A DNA stretch of 64,000 nucleotides from Planctomycetota bacterium (lineage in GTDB: Bacteria > Planctomycetota > UBA1135 > UBA2386), in the NCBI GenBank assembly GCA_965662465.1, contig CBFIIO010000011.1:23090-87089 (forward strand), written 5' to 3'. The position numbers and the translations under genes are program-made. A model generated the notes under the pieces. That model was not told where the DNA came from. It ran no database searches and saw nothing but the letters and a program-made list of their open reading frames with translations. Shown here piece after piece: positions 1 through 9,499 of the stretch. The first letter of the stretch is position 1. The number at the start of each line of letters is the position of its first letter.

Positions 1-1
1 A

Positions 2-427
2 CGATGGTTGAGCAGGCTAGATCAGACGGAGCATCGTCGGATACTCGGTCTGATCGCATTTGGCTTGCTGGCTCTTGGCCTAGGCAAGATCTGGGACTTG
101 GCCTTCCCGTTCAATAAGAACCTGTGGAGCAGTTCGTTTGTGCTCTGGTGCGCAGGTTGGAGCTTGTTGCTGCTGGCGCTATTTTATTGGTTGATCGATG
201 TTCGAGGTTGGCAGCGCTGGTGTGGTCCCTTTGTGGTCTTTGGCGCTAACTCCATTTTGATCTACATGCTCTCGGCCTTTGTCGACTTCCGTGCTGCCAC
301 AGAATTTGTCATAGGCGATGCATCACCAGGTCTTCTGCATCCGGTATTCTTGCCGGCAGGAGTCTTGACGCTGAAGTGGCTGGTGTTGCGCTGGCTATAC
401 CGTCGGCGCCTCTTCTTGCGGGTCTGA
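2..427 (+). CDS. C-terminal part of a membrane acyltransferase (heparan-alpha-glucosaminide N-acetyltransferase-like); 5' end lies outside the window
   Basis: Open frame from the window edge; hydrophobic; motifs FPFNKNLWSSSFVL and FGANSILIY are typical of this family. Confidence 0.75.
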   Translation, partial: RWLSRLDQTEHRRILGLIAFGLLALGLGKIWDLAFPFNKNLWSSSFVLWCAGWSLLLLALFYWLIDVRGWQRWCGPFVVFGANSILIYMLSAFVDFRAATEFVIGDASPGLLHPVFLPAGVLTLKWLVLRWLYRRRLFLRV

Positions 428-584
428 TCGGCTTACCTTGATGCTTGAATTGTTCCGCCAGTGGGAGGGGCATACGGCGGCGACGAGCAGCTTGTTGCCT
501 TGCGCTTCGTGATCGTGCGCATTGCGAAGCTTGTCTTTGGGGTCGATCAGCGTATCGCAGTTCGGTCTTGTATGAGGTGGATCT

Positions 585-1538
585 ATGTATGATGTGATCG
601 GCGATATCCATGGCCATGCCGATGCCCTACGTCGGCTATTGATCAAACTCGGTTACGAGCAGCGGGACGGCTGCCCTTGGCATCCGGAACGAAAAGCAGT
701 CTTCGTCGGTGACTTCGTTGATCGCGGGCCAGAAATCCGGGGTGTGTTAGAGATTGCGCGCCCCATGGTTGAGCACGGTGCTGCGCTCGCGGTAATGGGG
801 AATCATGAGTTCAATGCAGTCGCTTTTCATATGGAGCGATCCGGCAATGGGGGAGGGTTCTTGCGCGAGCGTAGTTACAAGAATATCCGGCAGTATCAAG
901 CGACAGTGATGCAGCTGTCGGATCAAGAGCTCGCGGACTATACGAGCTGGTTCCAGACGCTACCCATGTGGCTCGATCTAGACGGCTTGCGTGTCGTGCA
1001 CGCCTGCTGGGATCCAGCCGCAATGAAGGTGGTCGACCAGTATCGCGAGAGGTTCGGCGGATTTGATCGCCGGTTCTTTCATCTGGCCAGCGATCCAAGT
1101 GAAGCGCTCTTCGGTGCAGTTGAGGTATTGCTTAAGGGTCGTGAAACCAAGCTTCCGGATGGGGTCACCTTTAACGACAAGGATGGCAACCCGCGAAGCA
1201 GCGTGCGCACCAAGTGGTATCGCGATCCTTCTGCCGCGGGGGCTACATACCGTGACCACACATTTAGTTTCCGTAAGGAAGATCTCGCCAAGGTGCCGGC
1301 AGAGCCGCTTTCACCGGCCACCGTGAAGGATGCGTGTCCTTATGGTGCTGCGGAACCGCCGGTGTTGTTTGGCCACTATTGGATGCCTGCCAATTGCAAA
1401 CCTGCTCCGCTAGCTCCAAACGTCGCGTGCCTGGATTACAGCGTCGCCAATAAAGGGCGGCTGTGTGCCTACCGTTGGAATGGCGAGGTCAAGCTTCTTT
1501 CCGAGCGGTTTGTGTCGGTAGCTTGTGTCTCTGAGTAA
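585..1538 (+). CDS. Calcineurin-like metallophosphoesterase (ApaH/PrpE-like)
   Basis: GDIHG, GDFVDRG, GNHE and FGHY motifs; GAGGTGG RBS upstream of ATG. Confidence 0.9.
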   Translation: MYDVIGDIHGHADALRRLLIKLGYEQRDGCPWHPERKAVFVGDFVDRGPEIRGVLEIARPMVEHGAALAVMGNHEFNAVAFHMERSGNGGGFLRERSYKNIRQYQATVMQLSDQELADYTSWFQTLPMWLDLDGLRVVHACWDPAAMKVVDQYRERFGGFDRRFFHLASDPSEALFGAVEVLLKGRETKLPDGVTFNDKDGNPRSSVRTKWYRDPSAAGATYRDHTFSFRKEDLAKVPAEPLSPATVKDACPYGAAEPPVLFGHYWMPANCKPAPLAPNVACLDYSVANKGRLCAYRWNGEVKLLSERFVSVACVSE

Positions 1539-1612
1539 TGGTTCTTTTTGCTGCGAGTGGAATCGGACCACATGCTTTGTGCTGTTGCTTTAAGAGCAAC
1601 TAGCCGAGCAGC

Positions 1613-2470
1613 TTGCCGGTGATAAATCGGCGTATCACGCGTCGTATTATGGATGGCGCGATCAGTTGTCGATCGACCAGCGCATTTGGAACTCGATTTC
1701 TTCACTCGATTCCCCTCGCTCATGCTCGATCGAAAACTCGGCGCGGTCGGGGACGTAGATGCGCTCTCCGGCCACTTGGATTTCGAAGCCAGCAGCAAGT
1801 CAGTGTCCCTCAAGATGTCATTGTTGTTACTGGCACAGCGGGTGTTGATGCACGAGCAGAGATCGTGGGGCACAACGTCGACAATGGCGGAGATATTCCT
1901 TCTGGCACGGTCTTAGGCAATGACCGGTTCGACGCCAAAGTGACGGGTCAAACGAACTCCGCGCGGGGTAAGGCCGAAACTTATGGTCCAGCAAGTGCGG
2001 TGAATGGCGTTGGTTTCACTCGCAAGCGAGGAGTCTTGAATTACTACATGGACCTTGGCGGCCTCGGTCTATGGGATCGCACTACTAGTGCGGTTGGTGT
2101 TGCAACCTTTACGTTTAAGCCGAAGCAAGGTTTCGGTGTCGAGGGCTATTTTCGAGCGAAAACCAGTGGCCGGTTGCACCTCCTTGGAACGGCCACAGGA
2201 ACTACGGCAGTCGCCGTAACTGCCGCTGGTGGTCTCAGTCTTCAACGCAACACCGACGACCGTTGGGGGACGCATTCAAAAACTGGCGGCATTGTGACGC
2301 TGCCTGCGCAGGGGACGATCCAGCAATCGCTAGAAGGCCAAGTAAATGGTGCTGGCAGGACCCGCGGCAAGGTTCAGACTACGCTCTACTTTGTGCCAAC
2401 GAAAATCTGGGTGGAGATGCCAAATCCGATGGGGGGACCACCGATCCAAGGGCAGGTCATCTTCCAGTAG
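1613..2470 (+). CDS. Hypothetical Gly/Thr/Val-rich, beta-strand-like protein; start uncertain, 5' part possibly degraded
   Basis: 285-codon ORF. Only the part after about 1790 looks protein-like; the first ~60 codons are Arg-rich and look non-coding. Confidence 0.4.
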   Translation: MPVINRRITRRIMDGAISCRSTSAFGTRFLHSIPLAHARSKTRRGRGRRCALRPLGFRSQQQVSVPQDVIVVTGTAGVDARAEIVGHNVDNGGDIPSGTVLGNDRFDAKVTGQTNSARGKAETYGPASAVNGVGFTRKRGVLNYYMDLGGLGLWDRTTSAVGVATFTFKPKQGFGVEGYFRAKTSGRLHLLGTATGTTAVAVTAAGGLSLQRNTDDRWGTHSKTGGIVTLPAQGTIQQSLEGQVNGAGRTRGKVQTTLYFVPTKIWVEMPNPMGGPPIQGQVIFQ

Positions 2471-2483
2471 AAGCCGTGATAGA

Positions 2484-2618
2484 AGCGCATCTGCTTATTG
2501 TCACTGGCTGACATCGGTCACCAAGCTTCCACACCGATTGTCAACGGAAGCCAACTGGAGGAAGGCTGTACGCGGGCCGGGATCTCGCGTCTATGCCTGC
2601 GGCAACACTTGCCGAACT
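2484..2618 (+). pseudogene. Relic fragment of an FGE-sulfatase-fold gene, paralogous to 4732-4866
   Basis: Ungapped 45-codon hand alignment to 4732-4866 with 30/135 nt differences (ASAYCHWL..HRLSTEANWRKAVRGPGSRVYA vs ASAYCQWL..HRLPTEAEWEKAARGPGSRVYA); no proper start. Confidence 0.85.
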
Positions 2619-2642
2619 CCGCTGCTCGTTCAGATGGGGAGT

Positions 2643-2720
2643 TGGATCGCGCGCGATGTGCGCAGTCTCAATGGTCCGCTCGAGTGGCTCCTGCGTGAGT
2701 CTCTCACGAAGCGTGGCCGG
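2643..2720 (+). pseudogene. Relic C-terminal half of a small Arc-like ribbon-helix-helix protein
   Basis: WIARDVRSLNGPLEWLLRESLTKRGR resembles the WAxxxxRSxNxQIExLLRxAL pattern of small Arc/RHH proteins; N-terminal strand is missing. Confidence 0.45.
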
Positions 2721-2957
2721 CCAGGCAAAGATTATCGCTTCGAGCGACTCCCACGAATGAACTGAGGCCTACGCTTAGCAAGTAGCCATGAAGCGGGTGT
2801 GGCATGTATTTTTGCGCGGGCGTGGTTGTGTGTGTTCGACGTTGGTCGGAGCGGCAATAGGAATTGCTCGTATGCCTAGTGGAGTTTAAGGGGCTCATGA
2901 GGTGAAATGCCCTGGTCTTCGTTCGGCCCTTAGTGGCCTCAAACCAAAATTAGAACC

Positions 2958-4001
2958 ATGAAACGAACGTCCATTGCTTTGTTTGGCATCACCACATTTG
3001 TCGCTACAGCACTTGGCGCTTGTGCGATTGCTCAGGACGCAGCGCCTTCTCAGGACGTTGCGGAAGATCGATCTCTGTGGGCAGACTTGTCCGGCACATG
3101 GATCCGCTATGAGCACGACATGATCATTACCCACAGGATCGTAAACAATCGGGATGTCTCGCAGATGCATTCCCAATACGGAGAGCTGTGGCAGGGTTTC
3201 ATCGCGGACGTGCAACTGGGCCTAGATGACGGCAACCGGACCTATCGGGCGACAAACGCTAAGCGGACGCACCCAGTCGGTGGCAGTGAAGTGCCGTCAG
3301 AGTTCGTCGCCAACTACATCCTGCGCGGCGATCACCTCTTCTTCATGCGTGGGGTCTACGACAAGACCGTGAACCCGATGATTCATGAACTCCGTCGGGC
3401 GTCGCAACCTCAGGATCATCTTCTGGTTGCTGCTCGGGCTGGTGATATCAAAACGGTTGCGAAGCTGCTTGCGTCAGGGGCCGAAGTCGATGGCCTAGTG
3501 CCAGGGTCGTATACCGCGCTTGCGTATGCTGCGTCTTTTGGACACTTGGATTTGATCGACTTTCTGCTTGAGCATGGCGCGAAGGTGACGACTCGGGGTC
3601 GGTGGCGCAAGACGCCGCTCTTGCATGCGGCAGGCAGCGGCTACGTCGATGCCTGTAAGGCCTTGGTGAAGGCTGGTGCCAAACCTGAGGACGTTAACTG
3701 GGGGAGGCACAACTGCGTGTTTGAGGCGTGCTACTGGGGGCAACCCAAAACGCTTGACTACTTCCTCTCGCTCGGCAGCGATGTAAACAACACCAAGCCA
3801 TCGGGCCACACCCCGTTACACCATGTTGTCTTGCGCTTGCAGCGCAACGCTAGTGAAGCGAATAACGCTCGTCTCGTCGATTGCTTGAAGGTGTTGCTCA
3901 AACACGGTGCAGACAAGGCTATCGAGAATGGTGATGGCGAGACTGCTAGTCAGCTCGCGGCAGCACGAGGCTATCCCGAGGTCGCTAAGCTGATCCAGTA
4001 A
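2958..4001 (+). CDS. Exported ankyrin-repeat protein with an unrecognised N-terminal domain
   Basis: Signal peptide (MKRTSIALFG...AIAQ); repeats YTALAYAASFGH, KTPLLHAAGSGY, HTPLHHVV, GETASQLAAARG. Confidence 0.9.
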   Translation: MKRTSIALFGITTFVATALGACAIAQDAAPSQDVAEDRSLWADLSGTWIRYEHDMIITHRIVNNRDVSQMHSQYGELWQGFIADVQLGLDDGNRTYRATNAKRTHPVGGSEVPSEFVANYILRGDHLFFMRGVYDKTVNPMIHELRRASQPQDHLLVAARAGDIKTVAKLLASGAEVDGLVPGSYTALAYAASFGHLDLIDFLLEHGAKVTTRGRWRKTPLLHAAGSGYVDACKALVKAGAKPEDVNWGRHNCVFEACYWGQPKTLDYFLSLGSDVNNTKPSGHTPLHHVVLRLQRNASEANNARLVDCLKVLLKHGADKAIENGDGETASQLAAARGYPEVAKLIQ

Positions 4002-4071
4002 TCGCGCGTACGGCGATAGGCGCGGCGTTCACAAGATTTTTTCTTAGTTTGGAAGTTGTCCAGCCTCAACC

Positions 4072-5160
4072 ATGTCTGATTGCCAAATGCCTAAAGTGCC
4101 CAATCGGCCACGAACATGCAGCGTTGGACTCGCGGTGCTTCTGACTGTTGTAAGTTGCGTGGGGCCTGTCAGTCATCATCCTGCAGGTTCTCGGGTTGTC
4201 GTTGTCCACAACACCAGCGGCAAAGACCTATGGTTGTTCCTTGCGACCCGCGACGACTGGGCAGAATCCAGGCCTTTAGGAGGGGACAAGCACCTTCACC
4301 TGGATCTTGTGCCAGGGCGCTACGCGCTGGGCATAGTCCCGAGTGTTCCAGCCGTGCCTTTGCCATTACCAGCGGAAGAACTCGGATTTTCTGCTCCTGA
4401 ATCCTTGACCGTTACGGTCGGTAAGCAACCAGTCCCCGAAGATGGTTGGTGTTGGATCCCTGCCGGACCTTGCCTGCTTGGCGATGATCTTGGAGTTGGT
4501 CAAGAGGATGAGCGGCCCGTCACCACGCCCCATCTTGCAAGCTTCTGGCTTACAGCACACGAGACTACGAACGCCCAGTTCACGCATTTTTTGAACGCGC
4601 TTGGCGAACAACAAGTGGATCCAGGGTGGCTCGATTTGCAGGGCCGTAAATGCCGCATTCAGTGGAATGATACAGAGAGTCGCTACGCGACGGATGCTCC
4701 GACGTTACCAGTTGTCACTGTCAGCCATTCTGGTGCCTCTGCATATTGCCAGTGGCTGACAAGGGTCACCAACCGCTCACACCGACTCCCAACCGAAGCG
4801 GAGTGGGAGAAGGCCGCACGCGGGCCAGGCTCGCGCGTCTATGCCTACGGCGACACGTGTCGAACTCTTGCGGCGAATCAGGAGAGTGGTCGAGTCTTGC
4901 CGGTCGGCAGCTTTGCAGCCAATGGATTTGGCCTGTTCGATATGACTGGCAACGCCTTCGAGTGGACCAAGGACGTCTACCGAAGTGGCCGTGCCAATGC
5001 CGATAACACGTCGTATCGCTCGCTGCGCGGTGGCTCGTTCGTCCTCGATGGAATCTTCTTGCGCAACTCGATGAGGATGCGCCTGAGGCCCAGTGTCCGG
5101 GCCGACGATGTTGGCTTCCGCGTTCTGCGCGAAGCTCCTTTTTCGGAGTCGATCCGGTAA
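4072..5160 (+). CDS. FGE-sulfatase (SUMF1/EgtB/PvdO) domain probable lipoprotein
   Basis: HETTNAQF, RLPTEAEWEKAARG, NGFGLFDMTGNAFEW, RGGSF and VGFR motifs; hydrophobic leader ending VVSC; catalytic FGE cysteines absent. Confidence 0.9.
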   Translation: MSDCQMPKVPNRPRTCSVGLAVLLTVVSCVGPVSHHPAGSRVVVVHNTSGKDLWLFLATRDDWAESRPLGGDKHLHLDLVPGRYALGIVPSVPAVPLPLPAEELGFSAPESLTVTVGKQPVPEDGWCWIPAGPCLLGDDLGVGQEDERPVTTPHLASFWLTAHETTNAQFTHFLNALGEQQVDPGWLDLQGRKCRIQWNDTESRYATDAPTLPVVTVSHSGASAYCQWLTRVTNRSHRLPTEAEWEKAARGPGSRVYAYGDTCRTLAANQESGRVLPVGSFAANGFGLFDMTGNAFEWTKDVYRSGRANADNTSYRSLRGGSFVLDGIFLRNSMRMRLRPSVRADDVGFRVLREAPFSESIR

Positions 5161-5217
5161 AGAGGTCCGGTTGGCATCCGTTGTGTTACCCTTTGCGTCC
5201 TGCTGCTACTTAAAAAG

Positions 5218-6105
5218 ATGAACCCTGTTTTACTCAGTGCACTGGTTGCGACCTCAATTGCGGTGGTCACGCCAGCCCAAATGGAGAAGCGTTGGTCTGG
5301 CCTGTTTGGCCCGACGAAATACGAGTCGACAGATCCACGCGTCAACACCCTAGCCCCCGATCTACAACTCTGGGACCTCGAGGGCCGGCCAAGAAGCCTC
5401 CATCTTGAACGTGGCCGCACCGTCGTGCTCATTGGTGGTAGCTATACTTGACCACCCTTCCGACGGAATGCCGCAGGTCTGCGGGATCTCATCCAAAAGC
5501 ACGCCAAGCGCGACAACATCCGGTTCGTAATCGTTTACCAGCGTGAACCGCATGCACGCCAAATGGCCTTCGACGGCACGCTGCAGCCGAAGGCTGATGC
5601 CGAGCGAGTCGCCTTGGCAAAGAAGGCTCTTGACGAAATGAATCTCGATGTCGATGTGTGGATCGATGATCTCGGGGACTCAAGTAGGGCAATGTTTGGC
5701 GATTTGCCAAACTGGGCCGTCGTCGTGTTACCGGATGGCAAGATCCACGCGAAGCTCGAGTGGGCCGAGCCGGAGAAGCTCGCAAAAGCGATTCCTGAGC
5801 GCAAGGTGTCGCCCTCCACAGGCAAAGCACCTGTCGCGGTCGATCAACATTTCCTGAATGCCATCACGACCGGCACTAGCGATTGGCACCCTAAGGCGGC
5901 CATCGACTTCCCAAATGGGAAGCATCAGCGCCAGGTGATGCTCGCTCATCTTGCGACTTCTCACACCAAGCACCCCGACCGAAGGGTGTGGTTGCGTGCA
6001 TTGGCTGCGGACGGCCCTGTGCGTCAGCGGGCGTGGGCAAAGCATCAGTTAGCTGATGAGTCTCGGCAACGGGCAACGTCTAATGCTCTGGCGCCCAGGC
6101 GCTGA
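5218..6105 (+). CDS. Iodothyronine deiodinase-like thioredoxin-fold selenoprotein, 295 aa, Sec at residue 78 (UGA 5449-5451), with signal peptide
   Basis: ORFs 5218-5451 and 5563-6105 share one frame with a single TGA between them. Readthrough gives APDLQL..GRTVVLIGGSYT-U-PPFRR..FVIVYQREPH..IDDLGD..FGDLPN, matching deiodinase motifs GSxTUPPF and YIxEAH. SECIS-like hairpin follows. Confidence 0.9.
5465..5490 (+). promoter_or_regulatory. Bacterial SECIS element candidate
   Basis: Stem CCGCA/UGCGG (5471-5484) with loop GGUC. Core GCAGGUCUGC begins 21 nt after the UGA and equals the apical stem-loop of the E. coli fdhF SECIS. Confidence 0.8.
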
Positions 6106-6138
6106 GATCAGGGCGCTGTGATTCGAGCGCTGTGATCA
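6097..6138. repeat. Three imperfect 14-bp tandem repeats overlapping the selenoprotein stop codon
   Basis: aggcgctgagatca / gggcgctgtgattc / gagcgctgtgatca. Confidence 0.75.
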
Positions 6139-6331
6139 TTCGTAGGACCGTTTCTCCAGCTGGTAAATATTGGCAACGATCCAAACGCAGCCGCCAAACT
6201 GTCGCGCCTGCATAGTCGTCAACCTATGATCCTCGTGGGTTTGCACTTTGGTATTGTGCTGCTCGATTGATGGATGCACCGAACCAGGCTGGTGTCTGTC
6301 CAATCCCAAGTTTTCGTCTGGCGGAATCGTT

Positions 6332-7729
6332 GTGCTTAATCTAGCCGCCTCACCGGCCCTACTCGCTCTTCGTCTGTTCTTCTGCGCATCGGTCGGATTC
6401 GGCTTATGGTCAAGCAACCTTTGTGCCCAGGAGCCGCCGGAGCCATGGCGGCTGAATCGTGCATTCGAAGGTCCCACTTGGCTGAAAGTCAGCGGCATTC
6501 ATCGTACCCGGTTTGAGTCGATTAATGGTCAGCCGCGGCCGTCAAAGCCTGAGCGCGATGACCAGTGGTTTGCGCGAACGAGCTTGCGTGCCGACGCCAA
6601 TTGGGACGGAGTGGGTGCCACTGTCGAGCTGATGGACTCTCGCGTCTACGGTGGCGATGAAGATGCCTTTGCGAGTACTGCGTTCACCAATACGACGGAT
6701 TTTATCCAGGCCCATAGCTGGTTTGACCTAGGTCGTGCGGGGTCTGGTTCCCAGCGGCTTTTGGTTGGTCGTTACACCATGAGCGTTGGTAGCCGGCGGT
6801 TTGTGATTCGTAATGGCTTCCGCAATACCGTCAACACCTTCACCGGTGTTGATTACCTTTGGAAGAACGAGGATGGAGCTCAGTTCCGTGCGTTCTGGAC
6901 CATGCCAGTAAGGCGCCGTCCAGGCAATGGGGATCAGGCAAGCCTGCGGGACAATAAGTTTGCTTGGGATGACCAAGACCCAGATAAGCAGTTCTACGGG
7001 CTCTTCACTTCGCGCAAGATCACGGCGAAGACTAACTTTGAGGCATTCGTTTACGGCAAGCACAACGATGAGGACGGCGCTGCCAAGATCGAGATCTACA
7101 CCCCTGGATTGCGCTTGCATAAGCCTAGCGCCGCAGGGCAGTTCTTCGGCCAATTTGAAATGGCTGGTCAGGTAGGTAGGTCGCAAGCTTCGGCTGGTAG
7201 TGCAACCCTGGATCACAGCGCAATGTTTGCGCATGCCTCTGTCGGCTACACCGCCAACCACAAATCCAAACCAACCGTTCGGTTCGCGTGGGACTACGCC
7301 AGTGGCGACAGCGATCCCAATGATGGCGAGAACAACCGGTTCGACCGCCTGTATGGCGCGCCACGATTTGAATACTGCCCTACCGGCCTCTATGGCGTTG
7401 TGCAACGGAGCAACATCAACACGCCCGAGCTGCGTTTGTCGATCAAGCCTAGCCCGAATTCCTGGCTCATGGTTGCCTACCGAAACTTGCAGCTAGCGGC
7501 TGCTCGCGATGGGTGGGTTGCCAATGACGTGCGCGATCTCTCCGGCGCTGCAGGCCGTCAGATCGGACAGCAGATCGAGCTCCGCCTTCGCTATGACTTT
7601 TTGCCAGGCAACATGTATGTCGAAACAGGCGGCGCTTACCTGTTTGCTGGAAACTTCCTAAAGGAAGCATCTCCCCGCGGTGGCCAGGACACGAGCTATG
7701 GCTACTGCGAGATGATCTGGACCTTCTAG
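6332..7729 (+). CDS. Alginate-export (AlgE-like) outer-membrane beta-barrel protein; start uncertain (ORF open from 6248)
   Basis: Signal-like leader; motifs RTRFE, ELMDSR, GSRRFVIRNGFRNTVNTFTG, YASGDSDPNDGENNRFDRLYG; C-terminal Phe. Confidence 0.85.
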   Translation: MLNLAASPALLALRLFFCASVGFGLWSSNLCAQEPPEPWRLNRAFEGPTWLKVSGIHRTRFESINGQPRPSKPERDDQWFARTSLRADANWDGVGATVELMDSRVYGGDEDAFASTAFTNTTDFIQAHSWFDLGRAGSGSQRLLVGRYTMSVGSRRFVIRNGFRNTVNTFTGVDYLWKNEDGAQFRAFWTMPVRRRPGNGDQASLRDNKFAWDDQDPDKQFYGLFTSRKITAKTNFEAFVYGKHNDEDGAAKIEIYTPGLRLHKPSAAGQFFGQFEMAGQVGRSQASAGSATLDHSAMFAHASVGYTANHKSKPTVRFAWDYASGDSDPNDGENNRFDRLYGAPRFEYCPTGLYGVVQRSNINTPELRLSIKPSPNSWLMVAYRNLQLAAARDGWVANDVRDLSGAAGRQIGQQIELRLRYDFLPGNMYVETGGAYLFAGNFLKEASPRGGQDTSYGYCEMIWTF

Positions 7730-7921
7730 CCAATGGGCGCGGCTTGCACGATTTGGCAGATGGCCTGTGCAGAAGTGTCTGTGGTCGCCCGCCTACATTG
7801 TTGATTGGAGCAGTTGACACGCGCTGGAGTCAGGCTTCGCGGCAATTGCTGCGCGCTGCCGCAACTGCACTGGTGTAGGTGCTTAGATTGGCGGCTCTCT
7901 CGAGTCCTGTGCCCTTGGCGG

Positions 7922-9049
7922 CTACTGGTCCATCGCCATCTTTAGCTCGTTGCATACGCGCTCGTCATCCTCCTTGGCGAGTGCTGTTGGCAGAATTGCG
8001 TGGCTAGGGTTGATGCGACCGATAGCCCAAGCTGCATGGCCGCGGACCACTGGGTCTGCGTCTGAGAGCGCCGTAATCAGTGCCGGTAAGGCGCTCTCCT
8101 GTCGACGGTTGCCGAGGACGGTTGCGGCATTGCGGCGCATGCCCGATCGCTTTGCCCGGCGCATTGCTGTGCCAACGAACTCTGAGTTGTAACGATCCTC
8201 ATCCATCTCGAGCACATCGACTAGCGTCCATTGTTCGACGACTTGGTGAGGCCTCAGGTCTTTAGGGCGGTCGATGCCAAGCACGTCGCGACGTTTGCTC
8301 TTGCTCGTGAATGGGCACACTTCGATGCAAATGTCGCAGCCAAATAGCCACTCGCCCTGAGCTTCACGCAGGTCGTGATCGATGAAGCCGCGTTTCTCAA
8401 TGGTGGTATACGAAAGGCAACGGCGCGAGTCGACTTGGTACGGCGCAACGATCGCATCCGTTGGGCAAGCGTCGAGGCATGCCGTGCAAGATCCGCAGGT
8501 GCCGTTTGCGATCGAGTCAAATGGCAGTTCGTCAGCTACGAGAAGTTCAGCTAGCTGGAGGTAGGGGCCATGAGTGGGAGAGATGACCATCGAACTTTTG
8601 GCCAAGAAGCCGATTCCTGAGCGAACCGCGAGCGCGCGTTCCAACACGGGGACGGCATCGGTGCCACCACTCATGGAGCCGCGGGGCAGCCCGGCTGCCT
8701 CCAGTTGGTTGCGTAGTTTGGTGATGCGCTTGCCTAGCCAGCGATGGTAGTCACGGCCAACCGCGTAGCGTGCGATGCGTCCGCCATCCGTTAGTTCGCC
8801 AGGTGGCCCGCTGTAGTCGACAGCGACTGAAATTGAGGAACGAACTCCTTCGCGCCAGAGTTGTGGATCGGTGATGCGTTCCTTGTTTTTGACTAGGTAG
8901 TCCATGTCGCCGTGGCGACCTTGGTCTAGCCATTCCGTGAAACGATCGGCATGGTCTCCAGGGCTCGCTGGTCCGAATCGCACCAAGTCGAACCCAACTT
9001 CGTGCGCGATCGAGCGGATCGAATCTGCCGGCAGTTTGGACTTGCTCAT
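7922..9049 (-). CDS. queG: Epoxyqueuosine reductase
   Basis: IARYAVGRDYH, CGSCTACLDACPT, CLSYTTIE, FGCDICIEVCP; C-terminal HEAT repeat. Confidence 0.95.
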   Translation of the reverse strand: MSKSKLPADSIRSIAHEVGFDLVRFGPASPGDHADRFTEWLDQGRHGDMDYLVKNKERITDPQLWREGVRSSISVAVDYSGPPGELTDGGRIARYAVGRDYHRWLGKRITKLRNQLEAAGLPRGSMSGGTDAVPVLERALAVRSGIGFLAKSSMVISPTHGPYLQLAELLVADELPFDSIANGTCGSCTACLDACPTDAIVAPYQVDSRRCLSYTTIEKRGFIDHDLREAQGEWLFGCDICIEVCPFTSKSKRRDVLGIDRPKDLRPHQVVEQWTLVDVLEMDEDRYNSEFVGTAMRRAKRSGMRRNAATVLGNRRQESALPALITALSDADPVVRGHAAWAIGRINPSHAILPTALAKEDDERVCNELKMAMDQ

Positions 9050-9499
9050 GCCATCACCCTGCTCCCCAGATGGATTCCGTTACCTTCGCTATGGAATCGG
9101 ACCATGTTCGCGATGGTGGATTTGCTGGGAGCGGCATGCATGCGATCTGATTCGCTCGGGTGGTAGGGCATCAAGGGCGACGAAGTTTGCCATCGAACGC
9201 TGTGGTCGACGCTTGGCGAAACGTAATCCCTAACGTATCGCCGTGAGCATGTCGTGCGCGTTCTATCGCTGCGCGGATGACCACTTGGTGGTGAATTGTC
9301 GCGTTGCTTGGCAGTTGCTACTGGTTCGCCGTGTGATGCTGCCGTCCGCGCGCGATTCATTCATAAGCATTTGTATTCAATGAAGATGTGTTCTCGGTTC
9401 CGCCGGCGTGAAGGAGCTGCGCCGGCGTATCGGTCGATTGTCAGCAGCTGCGCACCCAAACCGCACGAGGCTACTTAAGCCGGTACTACTGAATGGTCG

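Noticed and set aside
2484-4866. Possible diversity-generating retroelement: a repeat pair involving an FGE/CLec-fold gene
   Set aside because: Only about 6 of 30 mismatches are at adenines of the upstream copy and many are synonymous third-position changes. The repeat is mid-domain rather than C-terminal, and there is no reverse transcriptase in the window.
4072-5160. Selenoneine/ergothioneine synthase (SenA/EgtB) or true formylglycine-generating enzyme next to a selenoprotein
   Set aside because: No DinB-like domain with an HxxxH iron motif, no catalytic FGE cysteines, and it has a lipoprotein-type leader.
5449-5451. Genome-wide UGA recoding (Trp/Gly) as the explanation for the in-frame TGA
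   Set aside because: Many genes here end at TGA at the expected family C-terminus (for example 15681 and 34400), and Trp is encoded by TGG throughout.
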